A DNA stretch of 64,000 bases from an uncultured Gemmatimonadales bacterium (GTDB lineage: Bacteria; Gemmatimonadota; Gemmatimonadetes; Longimicrobiales; RSA9). A program made the position numbers and the translations under genes. The stretch spans positions 128,001-192,000 of the forward strand of contig CAWCUS010000001.1 of assembly GCA_963798845.1 (NCBI GenBank), given 5' to 3'. Shown in pieces: positions 49,496 through 59,425 of this stretch. Under the pieces are notes generated by a model, which was not told the origin of the DNA, did no database searches, and saw only the letters and a program-made list of their open reading frames with translations. Numbering within the stretch: position 1 is the first letter of the stretch; the number at the start of each line of letters is the position of its first letter.

Positions 49496-50356
49496 TCAGC
49501 CGCTCATGAATGTCTCGAGGAAGCGGGCCCGTGAGGCGTGCCTCAGGCGCAGAAGCGCCTTTTCCTTGATCTGGCGCACGCGCTCGCGCGTGATGCCGAG
49601 CAGAGAGCCGATCTCCTCCAGCGTCATCGGCTCCTGGCCGTCCAGGCCGAAGTAGAGGCGGAGGATCTTCGCCTCGCGCTCCTTCAGCGTGCCGAGCGCT
49701 TCTTCGACGGTATCCAGGAGCGCCCGGTCGTACGTCTCGTCGTCCGGGCCGGGCGAGAACTGGTCCGGCAGGTAGTCCAGGAGCCGGTTGTCCTCGCCGG
49801 GAGTCAGCGGGGCGTCCAGAGAGAGGTGGGTCTGGGAGAGCGAGAGGGTGCGCCGCACCTCGTCCTCCGAGAGGTCCAGCTCGTCCGCGAGCTCTTCGAC
49901 GGTCGGCTCGCGCCCCAGCTCCTGGAGCAGGAGCGCGGAGCGCTTCCCGATCCGGTGGAGCGCTCCCGCCCGGTTCAGTGGCACGCGCACGATTCGGCTC
50001 TGCTCGGCCAGCGCCTGGAGGATGGCCTGCCGGATCCACCAGACCGCGTAGGAGATGAACTTGATCCCTTTCGTTTCGTCGAACTTGTGGGCGGCGCGGA
50101 TCAGCCCGAGGTTGCCCTCGTTGATGAGGTCCGAGAGCGCCACCCCCTGGTTCTGGTACTTCTTGGCGACCGAGACGACGAAGCGCAGGTTCGACCGGAC
50201 CAGGCGGTCCAGCGCCTCCGCCTCCCCCTTCCGGATGCGCTGAGCCAGATCGATCTCCTCCTCTCGGGTCAGCAGCTTGTAGGCGCTGATCTCCTTGAGG
50301 TATTGATCGAGCGAGCTCTCGTCGTACTTGCCCTTGCGCGTGCTGGTGAAGCTCAT
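49496..50356 (-). CDS. RNA polymerase sigma factor, RpoD/SigA family, lacking region 1.1
   Basis: YLKEI, NLRFVVSVAKKY, EGNLGLIRA, FISYAVWWIRQ, TRERVRQI; 286 aa. Confidence 0.93.
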   Translation of the reverse strand: MSFTSTRKGKYDESSLDQYLKEISAYKLLTREEEIDLAQRIRKGEAEALDRLVRSNLRFVVSVAKKYQNQGVALSDLINEGNLGLIRAAHKFDETKGIKFISYAVWWIRQAILQALAEQSRIVRVPLNRAGALHRIGKRSALLLQELGREPTVEELADELDLSEDEVRRTLSLSQTHLSLDAPLTPGEDNRLLDYLPDQFSPGPDDETYDRALLDTVEEALGTLKEREAKILRLYFGLDGQEPMTLEEIGSLLGITRERVRQIKEKALLRLRHASRARFLETFMSG

Positions 50357-50470
50357 ACAACGCTCCGCGAGCGCGGTGAAGCGATCCCGGGACCGTGACC
50401 GGGATCATGATCCATGTTCGAGAGCAGCGGCGCCCCGGATTGTCGGGGTGGAGCGCCGCCGCGGCCGTGC

Positions 50471-51280
50471 CTAGTTCACTCCGCCCCCGATCCGGTCCCA
50501 ACGTATGTCCGTGAGCCACGGCACGTGAGACAGGGTGCGGGGATTGAACGAGTAGTAGACGAAGAGCGGCTTGCCCTTGATCGCGTCGGCCTCCACGAAC
50601 CCCCAGTAGCGCGAGTCCTCGGAGTCGTCGCGGTTGTCACCCAGCACGAAATAGCGGTCTGCCGGAACCACGATCGGGCCCCAGTTGTCCCGCGAGGGAC
50701 GATATCGGAGCTTCTGCGACGGGTCCGCCAGGTAGTCGAGCTGCCAGCGCATGCTGGGCGCATGGGCGTCCAGGGGGTCCGCGTGGATCGCGTACGGCTC
50801 GGGCACCGCGCGACCATCCACGTACAGCACCTTGTCCCGCATCGCAACCGTGTCGCCCGGCAGCCCGACCAGTCGCTTGACGTAGTTCCGATCCGGATCG
50901 TGGGGCGGTACGAAGACCACCACGTCGCCGCGCTCCGGGTCGCCGAACGCCGGCAGATGCACGTGTGTGCCAGGAACCTGCGCTCCGTACACCGCCTTGT
51001 TCACCAGCAGGAAGTCACCGACCAGAAGCGTGTTCTCCATGCTCGCCGTCGGGATCCGGAACGCCTCGATCACGAAGGTCCGCACCAGGAGGAACAGGGC
51101 GAATGCGATGACCAGGGATTTCACCCACTCCCACGTCCACCGGCCTACCGATGCCGCCACGCTGCGCCCGCTCCGCACCGCTCGGTGGGCAGGCTCGGCT
51201 GCGCGGGTTCCGTCGGCTGGCTCGGTTGCGGACACGGCCCAATGCATCGGATTGGCTGGTGATCGAACTCCCTGATCCAC
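50471..51280 (-). CDS. lepB: Signal peptidase I
   Basis: IPTASMENTL (catalytic Ser), YVKR (catalytic Lys), GDNRDDSEDSRYWG; start uncertain. Confidence 0.95.
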   Translation of the reverse strand: MDQGVRSPANPMHWAVSATEPADGTRAAEPAHRAVRSGRSVAASVGRWTWEWVKSLVIAFALFLLVRTFVIEAFRIPTASMENTLLVGDFLLVNKAVYGAQVPGTHVHLPAFGDPERGDVVVFVPPHDPDRNYVKRLVGLPGDTVAMRDKVLYVDGRAVPEPYAIHADPLDAHAPSMRWQLDYLADPSQKLRYRPSRDNWGPIVVPADRYFVLGDNRDDSEDSRYWGFVEADAIKGKPLFVYYSFNPRTLSHVPWLTDIRWDRIGGGVN

Positions 51281-51345
51281 GGCCGGGAGGCGGGGAAGAA
51301 ATCATAGCGCCTCCCTGCGCTTCGGGCCACCCCACCTCCAAGGAC

Positions 51346-51377
51346 GGAGGGGCGGCGCCGGCCGGCACCGCCCCTCC
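51346..51377. terminator. Strong GC hairpin downstream of the aldehyde dehydrogenase gene
   Basis: GGAGGGGCGGCGCC / GGCACCGCCCCTCC inverted repeat; no U-tract. Confidence 0.4.
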
Positions 51378-51411
51378 CGGTCCGCCGGCGTGGCGCCGGC
51401 ACCCACGACCC

Positions 51412-52905
51412 TCAGAGGTCGTACGTGTCGATCTGCGCGCGCTGCAGCCGTCCCGAGTAGTCGACATAGACGACCTTCGTCTCGGTGTAGAAGTCGTAGA
51501 CTTCCCAACCGCCCTCACGGTGGCCGTTCCCCGTCTGCTTCACACCGCCGAACGGGAGGTGGGCCTCCGCCCCGATGGTCGGCGCGTTGATGTACGTGAT
51601 CCCGTTGTCCAGCTCCGTCATGGCCACGAACGCGCTGCGCACGTCCTCGGTGTAGAGGGCGCTGGACAGACCATACTCCACTTCGTTGTTGATCCGGATC
51701 GCTTCCTCCAGATCGCCGAACCTGATCACGCTCAGGACCGGCCCGAAGATCTCCTCGCACGCCAGCCGACTTCCCGCCCGGACGCCCGCGAGGATCGTGG
51801 GCTGGAAGAAGAAGCCGGCGTCCAGATCGTCGCCCGTGGCCGGCTTCCCACCCGTCACCACCTCGTCGCCTTCGCCCTGCGCGATCTCAATGTACTCGGC
51901 CGTCTTCTCCACCGCGGCCTTGTTGATCATCGGCCCCACGTCCGTCTCGGCCAGCAGCCCGTCGCCCAGCTTCAACGCCTCGGTGCGGCTGACCAGCTGC
52001 TTGACGAACTCATCGTGGATGTCCTCGTGCAGCAGGAGCCGGCTGGTGGCCGTGCAGCGCTGTCCGGTGGTCCCGAACGCCCCCCAGAGCACGCCTTCCA
52101 GCGCCAGCGCCATGTTCGCGTCCGGCATCACGATCTGCGCGTTCTTCCCACCCATCTCCAGCGACAGCCGCTTGTGCATCCGGCCGCACGTCTCGCCCAG
52201 CTTCGATCCCACCCCGGTGGATCCGGTGAACGACACCAGCGCCACATCCGGGTGCTCCACGATCCGGTTCCCGACCTTGCGGCCGCCGCCGTGCACCAGC
52301 TGAACCGCCTCCGGGTGCAGTCCGGCGTCCAGCAGGATCTCCACCAGCAGCGTGGCCGTATGGGGCACATCGTGCGCCGGCTTGAACACCACCGCGTTCC
52401 CGGAGACCAGGGCCGGGAAGATCTTCCACGTCGGGATCGCCATCGGGAAATTGAACGGGGTGATGATGCCGGCCACGCCGATCGGCCGGCGGTAGCTCAT
52501 CGCCCACTTGTCGCGCAGCTCGCTCGGCACCGTGTGCCCGAACAGCCGCCGCCCCTCCGACGCGGCGTAGTAGGCCGTGTCGATCCCCTCCTGCACGTCG
52601 CCCCGGGTCTCGTCCAGGACCTTCCCCATCTCCCGCGTCATGGCGCGCGCGATCTCGTCCTTGCGCTCCGTCATGAGGTCGCCCACCCGCCGGAGCACGT
52701 CCCCGCGCTGCGGTGCCGGGACTCTCCGCCACGCAGCGAAACCCCGCTTCGCCGACTCCACGGCCCGATCCACATCGTCCGGGCCGGACGACGGAAAACG
52801 GCCAATCAGGTCGCTGTTCCGCGCCGGGTTCCGGTTCTCCGTGTATTCGCCGGTCGTGGGCGCAACCCACTCCCCGGCGATGTAGTTCCTGAACGTCTCC
52901 GCCAT
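51412..52905 (-). CDS. Aldehyde dehydrogenase family protein
   Basis: PFNFP, FTGS, LEMGGKN, GQRCT, EEIFGP, PFGG. Confidence 0.94.
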   Translation of the reverse strand: MAETFRNYIAGEWVAPTTGEYTENRNPARNSDLIGRFPSSGPDDVDRAVESAKRGFAAWRRVPAPQRGDVLRRVGDLMTERKDEIARAMTREMGKVLDETRGDVQEGIDTAYYAASEGRRLFGHTVPSELRDKWAMSYRRPIGVAGIITPFNFPMAIPTWKIFPALVSGNAVVFKPAHDVPHTATLLVEILLDAGLHPEAVQLVHGGGRKVGNRIVEHPDVALVSFTGSTGVGSKLGETCGRMHKRLSLEMGGKNAQIVMPDANMALALEGVLWGAFGTTGQRCTATSRLLLHEDIHDEFVKQLVSRTEALKLGDGLLAETDVGPMINKAAVEKTAEYIEIAQGEGDEVVTGGKPATGDDLDAGFFFQPTILAGVRAGSRLACEEIFGPVLSVIRFGDLEEAIRINNEVEYGLSSALYTEDVRSAFVAMTELDNGITYINAPTIGAEAHLPFGGVKQTGNGHREGGWEVYDFYTETKVVYVDYSGRLQRAQIDTYDL

Positions 52906-53095
52906 CGCCACCTCCTGCCGCCCGCTCGGGGCGGGTGTCGTGTTCCCTGGGTCGGGGCAACCTGCGCGGCCACCGCCCTCGCGGCAAGGTGAGTCGGGAG
53001 CACGGCGGAGCGACTCGGCGCTCTGCTTCTCGCGGCGGGGATCGCGGGGCTCGGGGCCGAGAGCTGGGCGGGTCGGTGCGCCCCGCCCGTCGTCC

Positions 53096-53280
53096 TCACC
53101 ACCAGGCGATTGCCAGGACCGCAGCGACCGTGAAGGCGAGCAGCCCCGTATAGAAGATCCAGAGCCTTCGGAAGGAGAGCGACGGGTGGATCCGCCGCGC
53201 GAGCAGGGCCAGCAGGGCCCCGCCTCCGAGGGAACACGCCAACCAGACTACGACGAAAAGGGCGATCACCGCGCGGGGGG

Positions 53281-53284
<4 letters not shown>
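53096..53284 (-). CDS. Small 2-TM membrane protein
   Basis: 62 aa, two hydrophobic helices flanking a basic loop; ATGA overlap with the regulator stop. Confidence 0.6.
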
Positions 53285-54648
<1,364 letters not shown>

Positions 54649-54649
54649 T

Positions 54650-55297
54650 CTATCCCCCGGCAGCGCGGCTGGCGACGAACACCAGGGAGTCGCCGCTGAT
54701 GTAGAGCGCGCGGATCCCCGGCGGCAGCGGCACGGCGACGGCGTTGGGCGCCAGCCCCGGCTCGCCTCCTCCGCGGAAGCGGCGCAGGATCGGCGGGATC
54801 AACCGGTCGGGCACCGGGATCCCGGCCGCGCCCAGCTCGTGGATCTCCAGGGCCACCCGCCCGCTGTCCACGGGCGTGAAGCTGCCCACCGCCTTGAGGG
54901 TGGTCGTGTCCGGGAGGATGGAGAGGATGTCCTGCAACTCCGGGATCCGGCCGAAGCGCGCGGTTGCGACTCCGGCCTGGAGTGTGACCTGCCCGTCCCG
55001 CAGCCCGATCCGCGGCCGCGCCACGTCCGCGGGCAGGAACCCGCCCCAGCGGTACTCCAGCAGGCTCTGCAGCTCGGCCTGGTGAAGCGCCACCCGATCC
55101 CGCCCCCCGGCCGTCCCGAGCTCCGCCAGCTTCCGGTCCGCCTGCGCGGCCAGTTCGGGCGTGACGGCTTCGGCCGCGTGGCTGCGCCCCTTCCACAGCT
55201 CGGTGATGCGGTCCCGGTACAGCCAGGCCGCGCCGACCAGCGCGACGACAATGACCAGCGCAAGGAGGCGACCGATGCACCCCCGCAGGAACCGCAT
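54650..55297 (-). CDS. Hypothetical membrane-anchored protein
   Basis: N-terminal TM anchor; tight 1-nt spacing to both neighbours. Confidence 0.7.
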   Translation of the reverse strand: MRFLRGCIGRLLALVIVVALVGAAWLYRDRITELWKGRSHAAEAVTPELAAQADRKLAELGTAGGRDRVALHQAELQSLLEYRWGGFLPADVARPRIGLRDGQVTLQAGVATARFGRIPELQDILSILPDTTTLKAVGSFTPVDSGRVALEIHELGAAGIPVPDRLIPPILRRFRGGGEPGLAPNAVAVPLPPGIRALYISGDSLVFVASRAAGG

Positions 55298-55298
55298 C

Positions 55299-55892
55299 TC
55301 AGGCCTTGGCGCGCGCCAGGATGTCGGCCGCCGAGTTGCCGAGCTTCGCCGCCATTCGCCGCTCGTAGCGTGCGCCCTTCGAGGACAGGTGGCTCTCCAT
55401 CAGGTCCAGCGTCCGCACGTTGCTCTCCCCCGAGAACTCCAGCGCCGCGACCATCTCCTCGAAGTTCCTGAAGTCGCCCGCCCTCGCCGTCGGCTCGGCC
55501 CGCCCCAGCGTGATGTGCGGGTGGAATGCGCGCACCTCGCGGTCGAAGCCGAGCGGGGCCAGCTCCCACTCCACGTCGTGCTTCAGGCAGCGCAGCTCCG
55601 CGGACGCCTCCGCTCCCAGCCAGATCACCTTCGGGCGACGCATGGTCGGAAACGCGCCCGCCCCCCCGAGCTTCATGACGAATGGGTGCGTCTTCTCGGC
55701 GACGCGGGCCACCGCCTGCTGCACATCCCGCAGCCGCTCCGGGCGCACCTCGCCGAGGAACTTCAGCGTCATGTGCAGCCGATCCATGTCCACCCACCGC
55801 ACGGGCAGAGCCGACTCGCGCATGCGCCGCGCCGCGCGCGCCATGCGCTGGCGATCCTTGGCAGTGAAATTGACTGCTACGAAAAGTCTCAT
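55299..55892 (-). CDS. thpR: RNA 2',3'-cyclic phosphodiesterase (2H family)
   Basis: MRLFVA, two HxT motifs (LHMTLKFLG, PHITLGR). Confidence 0.93.
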   Translation of the reverse strand: MRLFVAVNFTAKDRQRMARAARRMRESALPVRWVDMDRLHMTLKFLGEVRPERLRDVQQAVARVAEKTHPFVMKLGGAGAFPTMRRPKVIWLGAEASAELRCLKHDVEWELAPLGFDREVRAFHPHITLGRAEPTARAGDFRNFEEMVAALEFSGESNVRTLDLMESHLSSKGARYERRMAAKLGNSAADILARAKA

Positions 55893-55905
55893 CGGCTCCC
55901 TGGGT

Positions 55906-56139
55906 TCATTCCTTCGCCGGCGTCACGTCCAGCGCCACGTACCGGAATCCGAGCGTCCGGATCTCCGGCGCCAGCGCTGCAATCCGCTCCAGCGTGCCCA
56001 CGTCGGCCCGCACCGCCGCGATTTCGGCACCCACGCCGGCGGCTTCCACCGTGGCCTCGATCCCGGCGCGGTGCAGGAGATCCCTGGCCCGCGCCGCAGG
56101 CGAAGCCGCCCGTTGCGGGGCTCGAACGGGGATGCTCAC
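55906..56139 (-). CDS. 77-aa protein resembling the LarE C-terminal domain
   Basis: GTGA overlap with the larE stop; LLHRAGI...EIAAVR...LGFRYVALDV parallels LarE LLRREGL...SVARVE...LGFERVLIDV. Confidence 0.72.
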   Translation of the reverse strand: MSIPVRAPQRAASPAARARDLLHRAGIEATVEAAGVGAEIAAVRADVGTLERIAALAPEIRTLGFRYVALDVTPAKE

Positions 56140-56960
56140 GCGCTGAGCTGAACGAGGCCCTCGTTCAACGCGCCCCGGCGGTACCCTTCCACGTCGATCA
56201 GGACGCGCTCGAAGCCGAGGGCGGCGATCGCCGCCGCCTTCCCGGCCACCCGGGCGGCCGCGCCGCCCAGTTCCTCGGGGGAGATTTCTACACGAGCCAC
56301 GCTGCCATGGTGCCGCACCCGGAACTGCCGCAGCCCCTCGCGGCGGAGCAGCGCTTCTGCCGCTTCGACCTGCCACAGCCGCTGCGGCGTGACCGCCAGC
56401 CCGTAGTGCAGGCGGCTCGACAGGCAGGGCGACGCGGGCTGATCCCAGGTCGGCAAACCCAGCGCCGCCGACAGCAGCCGGATCTCCGCCTTCGTCAGCT
56501 GCGCCTCCTGGAGCGGGGACCGGACCTTCCGCTCCCGCGCGGCCCGGGCGCCCGGACGGTGGTCGGCCGCGTCGTCCGCGTTGGCGCCGTCCACCACGGT
56601 GCTCAGCCCGTGCTGCCGCGCCACCACCGACAGCCGCGACCACAGCTCACTCTTGCAGAAATAGCACCGGTCCGTGGTGTTCGCGGCGTAGCGGGGATCC
56701 GAAAGCTCGTGCGTCTCGATCTCGAGGTGCGGGATCCCGAAGCGCTCGACGCACTCCATCGCCATCCGGTGCTGCACCTCGGGGTACGCTTCCGAGCGGC
56801 CCGTGACCGCCAGCACCCGGTCGGGACCGAGCACGTCCAGCGCCGTTTTCGCCAGGAACACGCTGTCCACGCCGCCGGAATACCCGACGCACACCGAGCC
56901 GCAATCCTCGAGCGCGCCCACCAGGGCCCGGTGCTTGGATTCCAGCGCCTCCCGGTCCAA
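56136..56960 (-). CDS. larE: ATP-dependent sulfur transferase LarE family (PP-loop)
   Basis: YSGGVDS, RCYFCK, DGANADD..HRPG, TKAEIR, PCLSSR, RVRHHG, GYRRG; TTG start after a GGAG SD. Confidence 0.92.
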   Translation of the reverse strand: MDREALESKHRALVGALEDCGSVCVGYSGGVDSVFLAKTALDVLGPDRVLAVTGRSEAYPEVQHRMAMECVERFGIPHLEIETHELSDPRYAANTTDRCYFCKSELWSRLSVVARQHGLSTVVDGANADDAADHRPGARAARERKVRSPLQEAQLTKAEIRLLSAALGLPTWDQPASPCLSSRLHYGLAVTPQRLWQVEAAEALLRREGLRQFRVRHHGSVARVEISPEELGGAAARVAGKAAAIAALGFERVLIDVEGYRRGALNEGLVQLSA

Positions 56961-57087
56961 ACTCTGCTCCTTCCCCGGTTCCGTCCGTGCCCGGCGCGAA
57001 GCTACCGCATTCCGCGCACGCGGACAACACGGGCGCCCCGGCCGCTTGACGGAAACCGCTCCGAAAGGTACCCATCCGCCAACCTTC

Positions 57088-57615
57088 ATGCACGAGAAGA
57101 GCCGAATAGCCTCGACCGCGCTGGCCCCGGGCACGGAGACCGTGTGCCGCGGCCGCCGGTTCCTCGCGCCGCTGCTCGCCGCCACCCCTCTCCCCCTCCT
57201 CCGCGCCGTCGCGCCCGCCTGTCTGATCGGCGCCACGGTCCTGGCCGCCTGCTCGGGAGGGCCGACCGAAGCGGATCCCGTGTGCGGCGAATCGCCCGCC
57301 CTGGTCCCCGGCGTCGAGACGGTCGGCGATCTCGGCCCCGGTGACGCGATGCGCGACGACGCGCCCGTGGACTACTACACCCTCCAGCTCGGCCGCGGCG
57401 CCACGCTCGTGGTGCGCATGGCCACACCCCGGTTCACGCCCTTCATCTACCTGCTCGACGCAGACGCACGGCTCCTCGCCCAGGCGTACGACCCGGAGAG
57501 AGGGCACTCCACCGACCTGTCCGTGAGCGTGGATGCCGGGTGCTACATCGTGGGCGCGGGCGCCTGGGACCCCGGGAGCGCCGGGAACTACACGCTTTCG
57601 GTACACCTCCAGTAG
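57088..57615 (+). CDS. Lipoprotein with a PPC (pre-peptidase C-terminal)-like beta domain
   Basis: LAA-C lipobox, DYYTL, F.P.IYLLD, GCYIV, GNYTLSV; start uncertain. Confidence 0.68.
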   Translation: MHEKSRIASTALAPGTETVCRGRRFLAPLLAATPLPLLRAVAPACLIGATVLAACSGGPTEADPVCGESPALVPGVETVGDLGPGDAMRDDAPVDYYTLQLGRGATLVVRMATPRFTPFIYLLDADARLLAQAYDPERGHSTDLSVSVDAGCYIVGAGAWDPGSAGNYTLSVHLQ

Positions 57616-57621
57616 CGCGGG

Positions 57622-59163
57622 TCAGCCCGGCGCCTCGGCCAGGACCGGCCGGTCAAGGGCACGATACTGGACCGCCTCCGCCAGGTGTCGTCCGTCCAGC
57701 GCCTCCGTCCCCTCCAGGTCGGCGATGGTCCTCGCCACCCGCAGGATCCGGTCGTGCGCGCGCCCCGAGAGGCGAAGCTGGCGCGTCGCCGACTCCAGCA
57801 ACGCGACCCCCGCATCATCCGGGGCGCAATGAAGCCGGGTCCCCCTCGCGTCGAGCTGTGCCGTGCAGAACACGCCCGAGCCGGCGTACCGGCGCTGCTG
57901 CCGCGATCGCGCCTCGAGCACCCGCCCCCGGATCCGCTCGCTCGATTCCGACAGCCGCCGATCCGCCAGCCGCTCGGCCGGCACCGGGCGAACCTCGAGG
58001 TGGAGGTCGATGCGGTCCAACAACGGTCCCGAGATCCGCCCCCGATACCGACGCACCTGCTCCGGCGTGCACCTGCACCGACCGGATCCGTCTCCCTGCC
58101 GCCCGCACGGGCAAGGGTTCATCGTGGCCACGAGTGTGAACCGGGCCGGAAGCTCTACCGCCGCCCGCGCGCGGCCGATCAGGATGACGCCGTCCTCGAG
58201 CGGCTGCCGAAGCGCTTCCAGGGCGGACCGGCGGAACTCCGGGAGCTCGTCCAGGAAGAGGACCCCGTGATGCGCCAGCGACACTTCTCCCGGCCGCGGG
58301 ATGCTCCCACCCCCCACCAGCCCGGCGTCCGAGACACCGTGATGGGGCGCGCGGAACGGGCGCGTGTGCAGCAGCCCGGACCGGGGTGGCAGCCGGCCAG
58401 CGGCCGAGTGCACCCGGGTGGCCTCCAACGCTTCATCGCCCGTCAGCGGCGGAAGGATGGACGGGAGCCGCCGGGCCATCATCGACTTCCCTGAGCCGGG
58501 AGGTCCGATGAGCAGGATGTTGTGGCCACCCGCAGCCGCGATCTCCAGCGCCCGCCGCGCCGAAGCCTGACCTCGTACGTCGGCGAAGTCCGGTCCCGCG
58601 GCGACGGGGCGTCCGCCCCCATTGACGCTGGCGCGTGCCACTCGAGGGGGCGCTCGGCCCTGCAGCCATTTCACCACCTCGCCGAGCGACCGGGCAGGGT
58701 GCACGGTGACGCCCTTCACCACGGCGGCTTCCGCCGCATTGGCTTCCGGCACCACCACCCGCCCGACCCCGCTGCTGCGGCAGCGCAGGGCGACCGCGAG
58801 AACGCCGTGTACCGGCCGCAGTCCCCCGTCCAGCCCCAGCTCGCCCACGCAGCAGGCGCCGTCCAGCGTACCCTCGGCCAGGCGTCCCATCGCGGTCAGC
58901 ACCCCGAGCGCCATCGGCAGGTCGAAGGCGCTCCCGTTCTTCGGCACGTCCGCGGGGGCGAGGTTCACGGTGATTCGCGCTGGCGGCAGGTTGAAGCCGC
59001 TGTTCCCCAGTGCCGACGTCACGCGCTCCCGGGCTTCGCGTACAGCACCCTGCGCCAGCCCCACCACCGTCATCGAGGGAAGCCCGCGCGCCAGGTCCAC
59101 CTCGACCCGCACGAGGTACGCGTCCACGCCCAGGACCGCTCCACCCAGTATTGTCGCCAGCAT
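57622..59163 (-). CDS. comM: YifB/ComM family Mg-chelatase-like AAA ATPase
   Basis: ITVNLAPAD, GPPGSGKS, FRAPHH, GVLFLDE, NPCPCG, ISGPLLDRID. Confidence 0.93.
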   Translation of the reverse strand: MLATILGGAVLGVDAYLVRVEVDLARGLPSMTVVGLAQGAVREARERVTSALGNSGFNLPPARITVNLAPADVPKNGSAFDLPMALGVLTAMGRLAEGTLDGACCVGELGLDGGLRPVHGVLAVALRCRSSGVGRVVVPEANAAEAAVVKGVTVHPARSLGEVVKWLQGRAPPRVARASVNGGGRPVAAGPDFADVRGQASARRALEIAAAGGHNILLIGPPGSGKSMMARRLPSILPPLTGDEALEATRVHSAAGRLPPRSGLLHTRPFRAPHHGVSDAGLVGGGSIPRPGEVSLAHHGVLFLDELPEFRRSALEALRQPLEDGVILIGRARAAVELPARFTLVATMNPCPCGRQGDGSGRCRCTPEQVRRYRGRISGPLLDRIDLHLEVRPVPAERLADRRLSESSERIRGRVLEARSRQQRRYAGSGVFCTAQLDARGTRLHCAPDDAGVALLESATRQLRLSGRAHDRILRVARTIADLEGTEALDGRHLAEAVQYRALDRPVLAEAPG

Positions 59164-59361
59164 GCCAGACGATGGGGTCGGCTGCGGGGCAGCGGAATGG
59201 TGAGACGGGACTGTCGCGTTCGTGGCCGCAGCGCGCCCCCGGTCGCGGCCGGCCGCTCACCGTCCGCTCCTGCGACACTGCCGTTCCGCAAACGGACGTG
59301 GGGAAACGCCCCACACCGCTCCAAGTCCTTCAGCCAGAGCACTTTGAGATGCTGCGGGAGA

Positions 59362-59376
59362 TGGCCCCCGGGTTGC
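59362..59376 (+). promoter_or_regulatory. Sigma-54 (-24/-12) promoter
   Basis: TGGCCCCCGGGTTGC, i.e. GG-N10-GC with TTGC, about 50 nt upstream of the permease ATG. Confidence 0.65.
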
Positions 59377-59425
59377 CCGACTCCGTACCCCGACTGTGCG
59401 CTCCGCACCTCAGAGGCAAACGGAC

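Noticed and set aside
50457..50472. GGCACG-containing sigma-54-like site upstream of the sigma factor gene
   Set aside because: Spacing fits, but the leading T and the TT before GC are missing; expected by chance at this GC content.
52957..52972. TGGC...TTGC upstream of the aldehyde dehydrogenase as a sigma-54 promoter
   Set aside because: Spacing is GG-N11-GC; sigma-54 needs N10.
55906..56643. 245-aa ORF overlapping larE as a frameshift/fusion product
   Set aside because: larE is complete with its own C-terminal motifs and no slippery site was seen; only the last 77 codons after the GTGA overlap look coding.
57622..59163. Mobile element insertion in comM, a known integration hotspot in some bacteria
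   Set aside because: The ORF is intact and full length; no integrase or att-like repeats were seen.
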